Source: a virus (Duplodnaviria > Caudoviricetes). Taken from it: a stretch of DNA of 64,000 bases. Every line of letters begins with the position of its first letter. The first letter of the stretch is position 1. Positions 44,981 through 54,627 of the stretch are shown here, piece by piece. The position numbers were made by a program, and so were the translations under genes. The notes under the pieces were generated by a model. That model saw nothing but the letters and a program-made list of their open reading frames with translations, had not been told where the DNA came from and did no database searches. The stretch covers positions 1 to 64,000 of IMG/VR virus record IMGVR_UViG_2706795618_000001; one strand, written 5' to 3'.

Positions 44981-45906
44981 GCGTCAAGATCGCGCCGGGC
45001 AGCGAGGAGTGGCACAAGCTCATCACGCCGTCGAAGGTGGCGGCCATCCTGGGCGTCAGCCGGTGGGAGTCGCCATATCGGTTGTGGCACCGGATGAAAG
45101 GCCTTGTGCCGCCGGAACCGGAGAAGGACATCTTCACCGTGGGCCACGCTTTCGAGCCCGCGCTGGCCTATCTGTGGAAGGAGGACAACCCCGACTGGCA
45201 GCTGTCGCCGGGAGAGGTCCAGATCGTGGGTGACCCGGCCGAGCTGGGGTTCCCGTTCGCGGTGACGCTGGACCGCCGAGCCCGTCGGGGAGGCTACCGC
45301 CGGGTGGTGGAGTTCAAGACGGCCCGGTCGCTGGAGGAATGGGGCGACGAGTTCACCGACCAGGCCCCAGCGGATTACGTGGCCCAGGTCAGCGCGCAGA
45401 TGTTGTTCGCCGGCCCCGCGTTCCAGAAGCACCCGGCCCACCTGTGCGTCCTGGGGCCGTGGTTGAAGCACCACACGTACCACATCGAACCCAGTGACGA
45501 CGTGTTCAAGCTGATCACCGACCGGTGCGCGGCGTTCTACGCATCGCTGGCCGAGGACACCCCACCACCGCTGGACGACACCGTGGCGACCTACGAGTGC
45601 GTGCGGGAGCTGCACCCCGACATCGACCGGGGGACTGAGGCCATCATCCCGATGGAGCTGGCAGACGAATGGCACGGCGCGGCAGCGCAACTGAAGTCGA
45701 TGACCAAGACGGAGCGCGGGGCCAAGACTCGCGTGCTCGACCTGATGGGCCGCGCGCAGTACGGCGTGGTCCAGCTGGGTGAAGACGAGAAATACACCGT
45801 GGCGCGCCGTCAGGCAAACGGCAAAGGAACGGTGTCGCTGTACGTCGTTGAGCCCAAACCACCTGTAACCCAACCCAACACCGAAATGGAAGGTGCATCC
45901 GCATGA
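44977..45906 (+). CDS. RecE/YqaJ-like exonuclease
   Basis: ITPSKVAAILGVSRWESPY, GH.FEP, TLD, VVEFKT, Y.AQV..QM. Confidence 0.88.
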   Translation: MSVKIAPGSEEWHKLITPSKVAAILGVSRWESPYRLWHRMKGLVPPEPEKDIFTVGHAFEPALAYLWKEDNPDWQLSPGEVQIVGDPAELGFPFAVTLDRRARRGGYRRVVEFKTARSLEEWGDEFTDQAPADYVAQVSAQMLFAGPAFQKHPAHLCVLGPWLKHHTYHIEPSDDVFKLITDRCAAFYASLAEDTPPPLDDTVATYECVRELHPDIDRGTEAIIPMELADEWHGAAAQLKSMTKTERGAKTRVLDLMGRAQYGVVQLGEDEKYTVARRQANGKGTVSLYVVEPKPPVTQPNTEMEGASA

Positions 45907-47054
45907 CCGAGCAGTCAACCGATGTAGTGGTCCCCGACGAGCAGGACGTTCAGCCGTTCGACACCACCGAGCTGTACACCGCCCCAACGACACCCGCACT
46001 GCAGCGGATGGGCGCGGAGGCCGCGGCGATGGACACGGCGTTCCGAATCGCCAAGGCGATGTCCAAGACCAACATGGTGCCCCAGCGGTTCCAGTGGTAC
46101 TACGTCCCGACCAACAACAACCCCAACCGTGAGTGCCAAGGCATCAACGCGGCCTACGACTTGGCCGGGGCCATCATGTACGGGTCGGAGATTGGCCTGT
46201 CGGCGCTCCAAGCGGCCCAGAACGTGTTCCCGGTCCACGGTCAGCCCGCCGTCTATGCCAAGACGATGGTGGCCCAGATCCGCGCGTGGATCGACCAGAA
46301 CGGCAGCGGGGGCGGCCCGGACGGCGACGACATCTGGGAAGTCAGCGCCAGCCCGGAGCGGGTGGTGTGGGCCGGTCGGCGTAATGGCAAGACGGCCAGC
46401 GCGGAATGGACCATCGAGCGCGCCGACCGGGCGGGATTCACCCGCAACCCGCTGTACCAGAAGATGCCCACGGAAATGCTGCGGGCCAAGGCCCAGACCG
46501 AGGTGTCCCGAATCCTGTGGCCCGACGTGCTGTTGGGCATGTCGAACAGCGTCGAGGATCTGCAGCTGGCCGACGGCACCGTGGTGCAGCGGGTCACCTC
46601 GTCGCGGCCGACCAAGGCCAAGGGCGTGGCGGGCCTGCTGGCCCAGGCGGGGCAAGCCACGGCCATCGAGCAGCGGCACCCCGCTGAGCCGGGACCGGCC
46701 GATCAGTCGGTCGAGCAGGCCCCCATCCCCGAGCAGCAACCAATCCCCGCGGCCGAACCCCAAGCCGCGCAGGGTGACCCCGCACCCGCCGTCGGTGACG
46801 ACGACCCGGCGGCGGGCGCGGCACCAGAGGAGCCCGCGCTGGTCAGCCGTAAGCAGCTGACCGAGGTCAAGCGCGCATTGGCCAAGGAGACGTTCACCAA
46901 CCCCAAGGGGGAGGACACGTTGGCCTACGTCGGCCAGATCATCGGCGGCGCAATCACCGATCTGGCCGAGCTGACGGAAGCCCAAGCAGCCGAGGTGCTT
47001 TCGATCCTGACCGCCACCCCCACCACTGAGAACAGCGAGGAGAGCAGCAAGTGA
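45903..47054 (+). CDS. RecT-like ssDNA annealing protein
   Basis: AIMYGSEIGLS, FPVHGQPA, WTIERA..AG, PTEML.AKA; follows RecE. Confidence 0.8.
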   Translation: MTEQSTDVVVPDEQDVQPFDTTELYTAPTTPALQRMGAEAAAMDTAFRIAKAMSKTNMVPQRFQWYYVPTNNNPNRECQGINAAYDLAGAIMYGSEIGLSALQAAQNVFPVHGQPAVYAKTMVAQIRAWIDQNGSGGGPDGDDIWEVSASPERVVWAGRRNGKTASAEWTIERADRAGFTRNPLYQKMPTEMLRAKAQTEVSRILWPDVLLGMSNSVEDLQLADGTVVQRVTSSRPTKAKGVAGLLAQAGQATAIEQRHPAEPGPADQSVEQAPIPEQQPIPAAEPQAAQGDPAPAVGDDDPAAGAAPEEPALVSRKQLTEVKRALAKETFTNPKGEDTLAYVGQIIGGAITDLAELTEAQAAEVLSILTATPTTENSEESSK

Positions 47055-47836
47055 GCGACGAAACCAACACCACGACAGTCGATTCCGAGTACTCCGACGA
47101 GGCCATCATCGCCTTTCAGGGCCGGTCGGGATCGCTGTCCAACCCGCCGCAGCTGGGTGACAGCCGCCGGTACGTGATCGCGGGCACCTGCGTGAAGGTG
47201 TCGGACGAACTGCAGGACAACGGCGACACCAAGACGGTGTGCACCATCAAGGCGCGCAACGTCTATGAGATCGGGGTCCAGAAGCCCGACGACGGCGCGG
47301 GGTTGTTCCGGGAGCCCTGCCCCCACTGCGGTCACGCCGAGACCCCGGGTGATGTGGTTGACGGGGAGTTCACCGACGAGGACGGCAGCGACGAGCCTGC
47401 CGCGATTACCACCCCTCAGCTGGCCATCGAGTCGGGCAGCAGCGACGACGACGTGGTGGACGCCGAGGTGGTCGAAGATCCCGACTACGACGAGGGGGAC
47501 TACCCCGAGCCCACGGGGTTGGCCGACGACGAGGAGGGGTCGGAGGACACCAGCGGTCTGGAGTCGGACAACGACGGCTACGAGCCCAGCGGCATGGACG
47601 AATTCGTAGCCCAGGCCGACGACGAGGGCCAGGTGGCTGACGACGCCGAGGTGGAGGAGATGGCGGCCGAGAACGAGGCCGCCGACCAGGAGCCTGGACC
47701 CGACGGGGTGGAGTCGGACGAGGAGCGGGAGGCCCGGGAGGAACGCAACCGCAAGGCGCGGGAGCGCTACGCGGCCCGCAAGCAGCGCGAGCGTGAGCAG
47801 CGCGAGCAGGGCGACGACCCCGAAGGCGACGAGTAG
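47051..47836 (+). CDS. Protein with beta-rich N-terminus and long acidic tail
   Basis: CPHC knuckle; very Asp/Glu-rich C-terminal half. Confidence 0.7.
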   Translation: MSDETNTTTVDSEYSDEAIIAFQGRSGSLSNPPQLGDSRRYVIAGTCVKVSDELQDNGDTKTVCTIKARNVYEIGVQKPDDGAGLFREPCPHCGHAETPGDVVDGEFTDEDGSDEPAAITTPQLAIESGSSDDDVVDAEVVEDPDYDEGDYPEPTGLADDEEGSEDTSGLESDNDGYEPSGMDEFVAQADDEGQVADDAEVEEMAAENEAADQEPGPDGVESDEEREAREERNRKARERYAARKQREREQREQGDDPEGDE

Positions 47837-48081
47837 TGACGCCCAACGAGCACTACACCGAGGCCGAACGCCTTCTGGCCAAAGGGGTCGAGGTGGTCAA
47901 CCGAATCGGCGCGCTGGCCGAGAAGCGGGACGCCACCACCGTCTATGACCAGACGTACGACCAGCTGACCGAACAGATGGACGAACTGGGCCAGAAGGTC
48001 ATGGGTATCTGGGCTCAGGCCCAAGTCCACGCCACGTTGGCCAACGCGCCGCTGGAGCAGATCGAAGTGGTGGGGCGCTGA
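47836..48081 (+). CDS. Hypothetical helical protein
   Basis: TAGTG overlap; MTPNEHY.EAE.LL, AQAQVHATLA. Confidence 0.65.
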   Translation: MTPNEHYTEAERLLAKGVEVVNRIGALAEKRDATTVYDQTYDQLTEQMDELGQKVMGIWAQAQVHATLANAPLEQIEVVGR

Positions 48082-48434
48082 TGGCCTCGCGTAAGGAATT
48101 CCCGATGGCCACCGTCCTGACGGTGGTCACCGGGAAGTTCCTGGTCCCCGTGGCCCAGGTCCAACAGCTGGTGGAGTGGATGACCGGGGCACCGGTCCCA
48201 CCCCACCAGATTCGCCGCGCGGCCCGCGAGTGCCGCGACTACCTGCGTGAGCAGTACGGGTGGATGGCGGGGGTGTCGCTGTCGGAAGAGGACGCGGCCA
48301 AACCAGAGGCGTTCCTGCGGCACTGGGCCAAAGAGCGCGGGGCCAGCATGGGCGTGCCCCAGCTGCCCGCCGGCCGATACCAGCCACCCGACCCCATCGT
48401 GGACTTTGCCAACGCCGGGGGGTTCGACCAGTGA
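48081..48434 (+). CDS. Hypothetical protein
   Basis: TGATG overlap; coupled on both sides. Confidence 0.65.
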   Translation: MASRKEFPMATVLTVVTGKFLVPVAQVQQLVEWMTGAPVPPHQIRRAARECRDYLREQYGWMAGVSLSEEDAAKPEAFLRHWAKERGASMGVPQLPAGRYQPPDPIVDFANAGGFDQ

Positions 48435-48637
48435 GCTACCACGTGCTGGTCGTCCAGTCGGTCAGCGAGGTTGTCGAGGTGCCTGACGGCGAGGCCCAAA
48501 CGGTCGAGCAGGCAATTGATTACGCCGTGGGCATGGCCGACGTGCCCAACATTTCCAACGAGTTCGACGCCGACGGCGACCCGCGAGCAATCAAGGTCAC
48601 CGCTGACGACGGCACGATCCTCTGGGAGGACAAGTAA
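48431..48637 (+). CDS. Small acidic protein
   Basis: GTGA overlap. Confidence 0.55.
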   Translation: MSYHVLVVQSVSEVVEVPDGEAQTVEQAIDYAVGMADVPNISNEFDADGDPRAIKVTADDGTILWEDK

Positions 48638-48639
48638 CA

Positions 48640-48939
48640 GTGACGGACTTCTCCGACCTGTTCCCACAGGCCAGCCGCAACACCGCCCACTACCGGGGTG
48701 ATGTCACCAAATCGCTACTGGCACAGACCCGGCCGTTCGGCCCCGACATGCACGGTGCGGCCTACACGTGTGTGTCGGCCACCTACGACGCGGCCACCGA
48801 CCGCACAACCGCGACGTTTCGCCCCATCCCACCGCGACAGAAGGACACCAATGGAGACCGACCTGCTCAAACCGCTACTGGCCCAAGCCGTTCGCAGCGG
48901 CGCGCAGCTGCTCGCCGAGCACGGCGCAAAGGTCGCTGA
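48640..48939 (+). CDS. Hypothetical protein
   Basis: GAGGA RBS; overlaps the next call by 89 nt. Confidence 0.5.
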   Translation: MTDFSDLFPQASRNTAHYRGDVTKSLLAQTRPFGPDMHGAAYTCVSATYDAATDRTTATFRPIPPRQKDTNGDRPAQTATGPSRSQRRAAARRARRKGR

Positions 48940-49408
48940 CGAGGCGCTGGCAGTGGCCGACCGTGTGGGCCAGAAGGTGGCCGAGTACCTGACGCGCGGC
49001 GGTCGGCTGGACCCCGCCACGGGGCTGGTCCACTGCGAAATGTGTGGTGCCGGTCCCATCCCAGCGGGGGATGAGGAGGACCAGCCGTGGGTGTGCCAGA
49101 TGTGCGCCGCGGTGCTGGGGTGGGACGGCGTTACTGGCCGGGTGACGTTCCAGGCCAGGGTGTTCGGCACGCCGTACATCCCGCCGTCGGAGGTCGAACA
49201 GCTGACCGACAAGCACCACGGCTGGGTGTGGCGCGACAACGACGACGACGAGCTGCGCGGTACCGCCGAGGGCTGGCAGATGCGTTCCAAGGAGTCAGGT
49301 AGTTGGTCGCGGTGGGTGGGCCTGGGCGTCTTCCAGAACCCGGCCAGCTTGCTGACCAGCAACGGACCGTATACCCGTGTGCGGCCGATTGATCGGAGCG
49401 AGCGGTGA
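48851..49408 (+). CDS. Hypothetical protein with CxxC pairs
   Basis: AAGGAC RBS; CEMC...CQMC. Confidence 0.55.
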   Translation: METDLLKPLLAQAVRSGAQLLAEHGAKVADEALAVADRVGQKVAEYLTRGGRLDPATGLVHCEMCGAGPIPAGDEEDQPWVCQMCAAVLGWDGVTGRVTFQARVFGTPYIPPSEVEQLTDKHHGWVWRDNDDDELRGTAEGWQMRSKESGSWSRWVGLGVFQNPASLLTSNGPYTRVRPIDRSER

Positions 49409-49824
49409 GCGCCGACGACCAGCCCCAGGGCGCGCCCGTGTTCATGGTCGGGGGCAACGAGTTCCACCTGCTGGGGTACGCCACCGAAGAAGGATTCGGC
49501 CGCGCGGTGGTGGCCGACGAAGACAAGGTGATCGCCCCTTACCAGCCGCCGTGCGACGAGGTGGTGGTGGTGTGCGACGACTGCCCCACCACCAGGGACG
49601 AAAAGTACGGGGCCGACGTGAAAGCCGAGTGGGTGTTCCCCAAGGCTGACGACGCCTGGGAGAAGGCCGAGGCGTTCGCCAAGCGCCACAACAGCCTTCA
49701 GAACCACAAGGTCAGCGTGCTGGGCCGAACCACCCTGGCGTTCAAGCTCAACCCCGGCGCGGGCGACGGGTACGCCAACTGGGACTACATGCTGGGCCAG
49801 GGTGACGCGGGGGCCGACCGATGA
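49405..49824 (+). CDS. Hypothetical protein
   Basis: GTGA/ATGA overlaps. Confidence 0.6.
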   Translation: MSADDQPQGAPVFMVGGNEFHLLGYATEEGFGRAVVADEDKVIAPYQPPCDEVVVVCDDCPTTRDEKYGADVKAEWVFPKADDAWEKAEAFAKRHNSLQNHKVSVLGRTTLAFKLNPGAGDGYANWDYMLGQGDAGADR

Positions 49825-50030
49825 GCGCGCCACAGCCGGGGAGCCAGGACCACCACAAGGTGGAGCTGATCGCCATCGGCCCCGACACCGACGACATCGC
49901 CCTGGCGGTACTGGTCCACGCCGACGGCCGGGTCCGGTTCAACGGCACAGGTGCTCACGACCGCGAGTGGATGGCCGAGACGTTGGAACGCATCGTCGCG
50001 GCGCTGAGGACTGAGCCCAATGGCAAGTGA
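49821..50030 (+). CDS. Hypothetical protein
   Basis: ATGA overlap. Confidence 0.55.
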   Translation: MSAPQPGSQDHHKVELIAIGPDTDDIALAVLVHADGRVRFNGTGAHDREWMAETLERIVAALRTEPNGK

Positions 50031-50319
50031 CGACAACATGATCGCCGTCTACGAGGCCCAGGAATCGCGGTCGGCCCGTGACGCCATGACGGAGATGGAC
50101 CGCGCGGCGTTCGAGCCCGACCACGGCGACGACGAGGTACAGGCGGCGTTGGCCCGCCGTCGGGGGAGGGGGTGGTGATGTGGTCAAACCCTCGACGCCA
50201 GAACAGAAGGCGCGATACCTGGCCAACCCGCGCCAATGCATCGACTGCGGTGGCAAGCCGTCGGCCGGTCGGCCGCGGTGCGACGACTGCCACAAGAAAT
50301 GGGAACGGAGGGGTCGGCG

Positions 50320-50688
50320 ATGAGTGACATGCTGGCCGATCTGCGTGCGGTGCTCGACAGTCAGGAGTACCGCGCGGCAAAGGAATTCGCCGACAAGTAC
50401 CTGGTGGACGGCGCGCTGTTGGTCACCCCGGCCCAGCACGCCGCGATCCACCGGGCCGCGGCCGCGACGGACGACCGGTTACGTCGCTGGTGGGATCCCA
50501 GCTACAGCCCGTCGCCGCTGGTCAACATTCCGGTGGTGGTGGTCAAGGACGACGGCCTGGCCCACCCCATCGGCAACGGCCGCTACGCCGTGGTGAAGCA
50601 AAACGGGATCTATGTGTTCACCCCAGAGCCGTGGGCCGTCGGAGCGATGCCGGTGGCAAGCCGGGCGCGGGAGGACGGAAATGTCTGA
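50320..50688 (+). CDS. Hypothetical protein
   Basis: ATGA overlap with a small upstream CxxC ORF (50180..50323). Confidence 0.55.
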   Translation: MSDMLADLRAVLDSQEYRAAKEFADKYLVDGALLVTPAQHAAIHRAAAATDDRLRRWWDPSYSPSPLVNIPVVVVKDDGLAHPIGNGRYAVVKQNGIYVFTPEPWAVGAMPVASRAREDGNV

Positions 50689-50992
50689 TCTGCCACCCGA
50701 TGTGCGGCGCGCCGAGCAGCTGATGCAGTCGGTGATCCAGACGGTGATCAACCACCGGACGCGGTTCTTCTCTGAGCCGGCCGCCGAGGGATTCCGGGTC
50801 TACCTGTCGGTGTCGGACGCGCGACTGCTGGACGAGCAGGCCCGACGGCGCGGCGACTTCTTTCCACGGTCGAGCATCCGCGACGGCGACACCGGCACCG
50901 TGATGGGCCTGCCGTTCACCGCCGACGCCAGCGTCCGGGTCGGTCGGGTGTTCATCGGCTATCGGGTGGACGCGCTGGAGGTAATGCCGTGA
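50681..50992 (+). CDS. Hypothetical protein
   Basis: GGAGG RBS before ATG 50681. Confidence 0.55.
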   Translation: MSDLPPDVRRAEQLMQSVIQTVINHRTRFFSEPAAEGFRVYLSVSDARLLDEQARRRGDFFPRSSIRDGDTGTVMGLPFTADASVRVGRVFIGYRVDALEVMP

Positions 50993-51531
50993 GCAGCAAC
51001 AAGGGCCAGCTGACTCAGGACCAGCGGTGGCTACTGATGACGGTGGGGACGGGGATCACCCGGGCGTTGCTCAACGACCCGGGCCTGGACGCCTTCATGT
51101 CCTCTATGCGCGGTTACCTGGGGTCGGCGCGCGACGGGGCACCGGAATGGCTGGACAGCTTTGAGGTTCGGGGCGGCAAGATCGTCGCCCCCTCGCGGGG
51201 TGAGATCCGCGTGACGGTGACGCGCAGCCAGATCAAGGCGTTCCGCGCCACCATCGCCCCCGAACTGCTGGACGAGCTCAACCAGATTGAAAGCGCCCAG
51301 ATGGCCGAGCACTGGTGCACCGAGCTGTGGTGCCGGTGTTCATCGGGTCAGCCGCACAAGGACTTTCGCGGCCGCGATGCCTACCACTGCACTGACGACG
51401 AGGAAGCCCACCACATGCAAATCGTGTGGGACCTACGCGACCGCGAGAAGGACTGCCTGGAACGGATTCTCGTTCGCGTCGAGCCGGTCGGCCAACTGGG
51501 GCTGTTTGACGAATCGGAGGTGATGGTGTGA
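50989..51531 (+). CDS. Hypothetical protein
   Basis: GGAGG RBS; GTGA overlaps. Confidence 0.65.
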   Translation: MSSNKGQLTQDQRWLLMTVGTGITRALLNDPGLDAFMSSMRGYLGSARDGAPEWLDSFEVRGGKIVAPSRGEIRVTVTRSQIKAFRATIAPELLDELNQIESAQMAEHWCTELWCRCSSGQPHKDFRGRDAYHCTDDEEAHHMQIVWDLRDREKDCLERILVRVEPVGQLGLFDESEVMV

Positions 51532-52016
51532 CGAAGCCATACAACAGCGCGGTCATCAGTGAGTGCGGCCGATACCGGTATGAGCTGATCCGGCGGTGGG
51601 GCGACGGCCCGCTGCTGGAGTTTGTGATGCTCAACCCCTCGACCGCCGACGCGGAGAAGGACGACCCAACGATCCGGCGCTGCATCGGATTCGGCAAGGC
51701 GTGGGGTTACGGCGGCATCGTGGTGCACAACCTGTACGCCTACCGCGCGACGGCACCCGACATGTTGGCCAATGTCGATGATCCGATTGGCCCGGCCAAC
51801 CGCGACTACCTGGGCAACAAGATCGCCACCTGCACCATCGCGGCCTGGGGTGCCCACCCTGCGGCTGTCGGGTGGTGGAACGGCTACCCGTACAACATCA
51901 CCGCCGCGCTGAAGCGACCGCAGCTGCTGTGTCTGGGCGTCAACGGCAACGGGTCACCCAAGCACCCGCTGTACGTGCCGTCCAGCCGTACCCCAATCCC
52001 TTGGGAGGCACCATGA
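51528..52016 (+). CDS. DUF1643 family protein
   Basis: SAVISECGRYRYEL.R.W, FVMLNPSTAD...DDPTIRRC, NLYAYRAT, AAWG, G.PKHPLY. Confidence 0.88.
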   Translation: MTKPYNSAVISECGRYRYELIRRWGDGPLLEFVMLNPSTADAEKDDPTIRRCIGFGKAWGYGGIVVHNLYAYRATAPDMLANVDDPIGPANRDYLGNKIATCTIAAWGAHPAAVGWWNGYPYNITAALKRPQLLCLGVNGNGSPKHPLYVPSSRTPIPWEAP

Positions 52017-52936
52017 GTGACCGATCCGGCATTGAGTGGACCGACGCCACGTGGAACCCCGTAACGGGGTGCAGCGAGGTGTCACCAGGTTGTGATCGGT
52101 GCTACGCCAAGGCATTTGCTGAGCGGTTCCGCGGCACCGAGGGTCACTACTACCAGCGCGGGTTCGACGTGGTGTTGCGACCGGAGAAGCTGGACCAGCC
52201 CATCCGGTGGACCCGGCCGCGCCTGGTGTTCGTCAACAGCATGGCCGACCTGTTCCACCAGGCGGTCCCCGATGACTACATCGCCCGGGTGTTCGCCGTC
52301 ATGGCCCAAGCGCCACAGCACACGTTCCAGCTGCTGACCAAGCGTCACGCGCGGATGCGGCACCTGCTCAACGCGGAGGCGTTTCGGGCCAAGGTGTTCC
52401 ACCACGGGGGTGGGATGACGTGGCCGCTGCCCAATGTGTGGGTGGGTGTCAGCGCGGAGAACCAGCAATGGTGGGACACGCGGGTGGAGTACCTGCTTGG
52501 CACCCCGGCGGCCGTTCGGTGGGTCAGCCTGGAGCCGCTGCTGGGTCACATCACGATGGGGACGCCGTGGTCGCTCGACCCCGAGACGTTCCGGTTCACC
52601 GGGATTGATTGGGTCGTGGTGGGTGGCGAATCCGGTACGGGCGCAAGGCCGATGCATCCCGAGTGGGCGCGGTCGCTTCGTGACCAGTGCGCCGCGGCCA
52701 AGGTGCCGTTCCTGTTCAAGCAGTGGGGCAACTGGAGTCCCGTTGCCCCCGACGAAGCCGCCAGGAACCGTGACCGGCTGGTGTTCCAGAACGGCAAGTC
52801 GATCAGTTTCGAGCACGCCACCCGAACCGACCTGGAGCGTTGGGATTACGTCGTCATGCGGCGCGCCCCCAAGTCGGCCGGTGGTCGTCACCTCGACGGC
52901 CAGCTGCACGACCAGTACCCGGCGGTGACGGCATGA
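52013..52936 (+). CDS. DUF5131 (phage Gp37/Gp68) family, radical-SAM-like
   Basis: IEWTDATWNPVTGC...SPGCDRCYA, FVNSMADLFH, FQLLTKR, SLEPLL, WVVVGGESG, FKQWG. Confidence 0.92.
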   Translation: MSDRSGIEWTDATWNPVTGCSEVSPGCDRCYAKAFAERFRGTEGHYYQRGFDVVLRPEKLDQPIRWTRPRLVFVNSMADLFHQAVPDDYIARVFAVMAQAPQHTFQLLTKRHARMRHLLNAEAFRAKVFHHGGGMTWPLPNVWVGVSAENQQWWDTRVEYLLGTPAAVRWVSLEPLLGHITMGTPWSLDPETFRFTGIDWVVVGGESGTGARPMHPEWARSLRDQCAAAKVPFLFKQWGNWSPVAPDEAARNRDRLVFQNGKSISFEHATRTDLERWDYVVMRRAPKSAGGRHLDGQLHDQYPAVTA

Positions 52937-53394
52937 AGGCGCTGACGGTACAGCAGCCGTGGGCCTGGGCCATCTTCTACGGCAAGCTGATCGAGAACCG
53001 GACCCAGCTGTGGAGCTACCGAGGCCCGTTGGCCATCCACGCGGGTGCCCGCTGGTCACAACGCGGCGGCGATTCAGAGCTGGTCGAGGCCGCGTGGCAG
53101 GCCGCCACGACAAACTGCACCACCGAGCAGTACAGCCACGCATCACGGCTGTGGACCGCGCGCAGTGAGTTCCTGGGCGTGGTGGACCTGGTGGACTGCC
53201 ACCCCGACGCGGGATGCCATGAGCCGTGGGGGGAGTCGTCGTACGTCGAACACGGCGGCCGGGTACGGCGACGCATCACCCACCTGGTGCTGGAGAACCC
53301 CCGACCGCTGGCCGAGCCGGTCCGCTGCAAGGGCGCGCTGGGACTGTGGAACCCGCCAGCCGACGTGGTGGCCCAGATCGAGGCCCAGCTTTGA
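52933..53394 (+). CDS. ASCH domain protein
   Basis: MKALTVQQPWAWAI..GK.IENR...YRGPLAIHAG, CKGALGLW. Confidence 0.88.
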   Translation: MKALTVQQPWAWAIFYGKLIENRTQLWSYRGPLAIHAGARWSQRGGDSELVEAAWQAATTNCTTEQYSHASRLWTARSEFLGVVDLVDCHPDAGCHEPWGESSYVEHGGRVRRRITHLVLENPRPLAEPVRCKGALGLWNPPADVVAQIEAQL

Positions 53395-53822
53395 GCGCCG
53401 GGGTGGGCGTCCCGGCACCGCGACCGTGCGCGTCGTGCCCGTACCGACGTGATGTGCCGTCGGGGATCTGGGATGCCAGCGAGTACAGCAAGCTGACGGC
53501 CTACGACCGCGACACGCACGCTCAGCCGCTGGGGCTGTTCCTGTGCCACCAGACCAACGGCGATGACCCCAACGCGCGGCTGTGTGCCGGGTGGGTGGGG
53601 TGCCACGGCGATCAGCTGATCGCGCTGCGGCTGGCCGTGGCGCGGGGTCGCCTGCCCGGGGAGGTGTTCGACTACACCACCGACGTGCCGCTGTTTGAAT
53701 CCGGCGCGGCTGCTGCGGCCCACGGGGTTGCCGGTATCGACAACCCCGACGCCCGGGCCGTCAACGCGATTGAGAAGGTCGCGGCCCGTCGGGGACTGGA
53801 CGCCGGGGAGTTCGACCGGTGA
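53391..53822 (+). CDS. DUF6283-like Cys-rich protein
   Basis: PCASCPYRRDVPSGIW, FLCHQ, CAGWVGCH; TTGA overlap. Confidence 0.65.
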   Translation: MSAGVGVPAPRPCASCPYRRDVPSGIWDASEYSKLTAYDRDTHAQPLGLFLCHQTNGDDPNARLCAGWVGCHGDQLIALRLAVARGRLPGEVFDYTTDVPLFESGAAAAAHGVAGIDNPDARAVNAIEKVAARRGLDAGEFDR

Positions 53823-54274
53823 CGCGCTACCAGGTGGACGCGGGGTGCCCCATCATCCCGTTCGTTGACAAGCCCAAGGCGTGCAACCGGTGCGGCCGGC
53901 GGCTGTCGGGACGCCGTACCCAGTGGTGCAGCTCCAAGTGCGAGAACGAGTTCCGCGAGAACCACAACTGGACCAGCGCGCGGCACGCGGCCAAGGACCG
54001 CGACGGCTACCGCTGCGTCCGGTGCGGAAGCGACGGCCGTGCCCGGGTGTTCATCGCGGGATCGGTCATCGAGATTGGGATGCCGTCACGTGGGCCGGAA
54101 CGGTACGAGCGGCGGCTGGAGGTCAACCACATCACCCCGCGCGAGGGCCAGGGCTACGGGTGGGGGTGCGCTCACCACCTCGACGGGCTGGAAACGCTGT
54201 GCCGCCACCACCACCAGATCGAGACCAACAAGCAGGCGGCGCGCCGTCGTCAGCGTGAGGCGGTGGCGTCGTGA
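53819..54274 (+). CDS. HNH endonuclease
   Basis: RDGYRCVRCG, LEVNHI, LETLCRHHH..ET. Confidence 0.8.
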   Translation: MTRYQVDAGCPIIPFVDKPKACNRCGRRLSGRRTQWCSSKCENEFRENHNWTSARHAAKDRDGYRCVRCGSDGRARVFIAGSVIEIGMPSRGPERYERRLEVNHITPREGQGYGWGCAHHLDGLETLCRHHHQIETNKQAARRRQREAVAS

Positions 54275-54627
54275 CGGCCCGGATGTGCCTGTGTGGCCAC
54301 CCCGACATCCCCACGGGGGTCTACGGGGTGGGGGACGGCCGTCACGTCAACGGGACGGGGCGCTGCCTGGCGTGCCTGTCGTGTGAGGACGGGTCAGGGC
54401 CCCACGTGCCGAACCGCTGCGGGTGTCAGGAGTTTGAACCCGTCGAGCTGGTGCCGCGCGCGCAGGCGGTCGCGCAGGGGGGTGTGCCGTGCATCTGCGA
54501 GCACTACCCGTCGAGCCACGACCCACGGGAATTGGGCGGTCGGTGCCGAGCTCGTCACGGCGACGGAACCCGCTGTGACTGCCCGGGTTACGAACCCGAC
54601 CCGCGCTATATCGAGGAGGAGGACTAA
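54271..54627 (+). CDS. Cys-rich protein with duplicated CxCxH domain
   Basis: CLCGH...GRC...CGCQEF and CICEH...GRC...CDCPGY. Confidence 0.65.
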   Translation: MTARMCLCGHPDIPTGVYGVGDGRHVNGTGRCLACLSCEDGSGPHVPNRCGCQEFEPVELVPRAQAVAQGGVPCICEHYPSSHDPRELGGRCRARHGDGTRCDCPGYEPDPRYIEEED

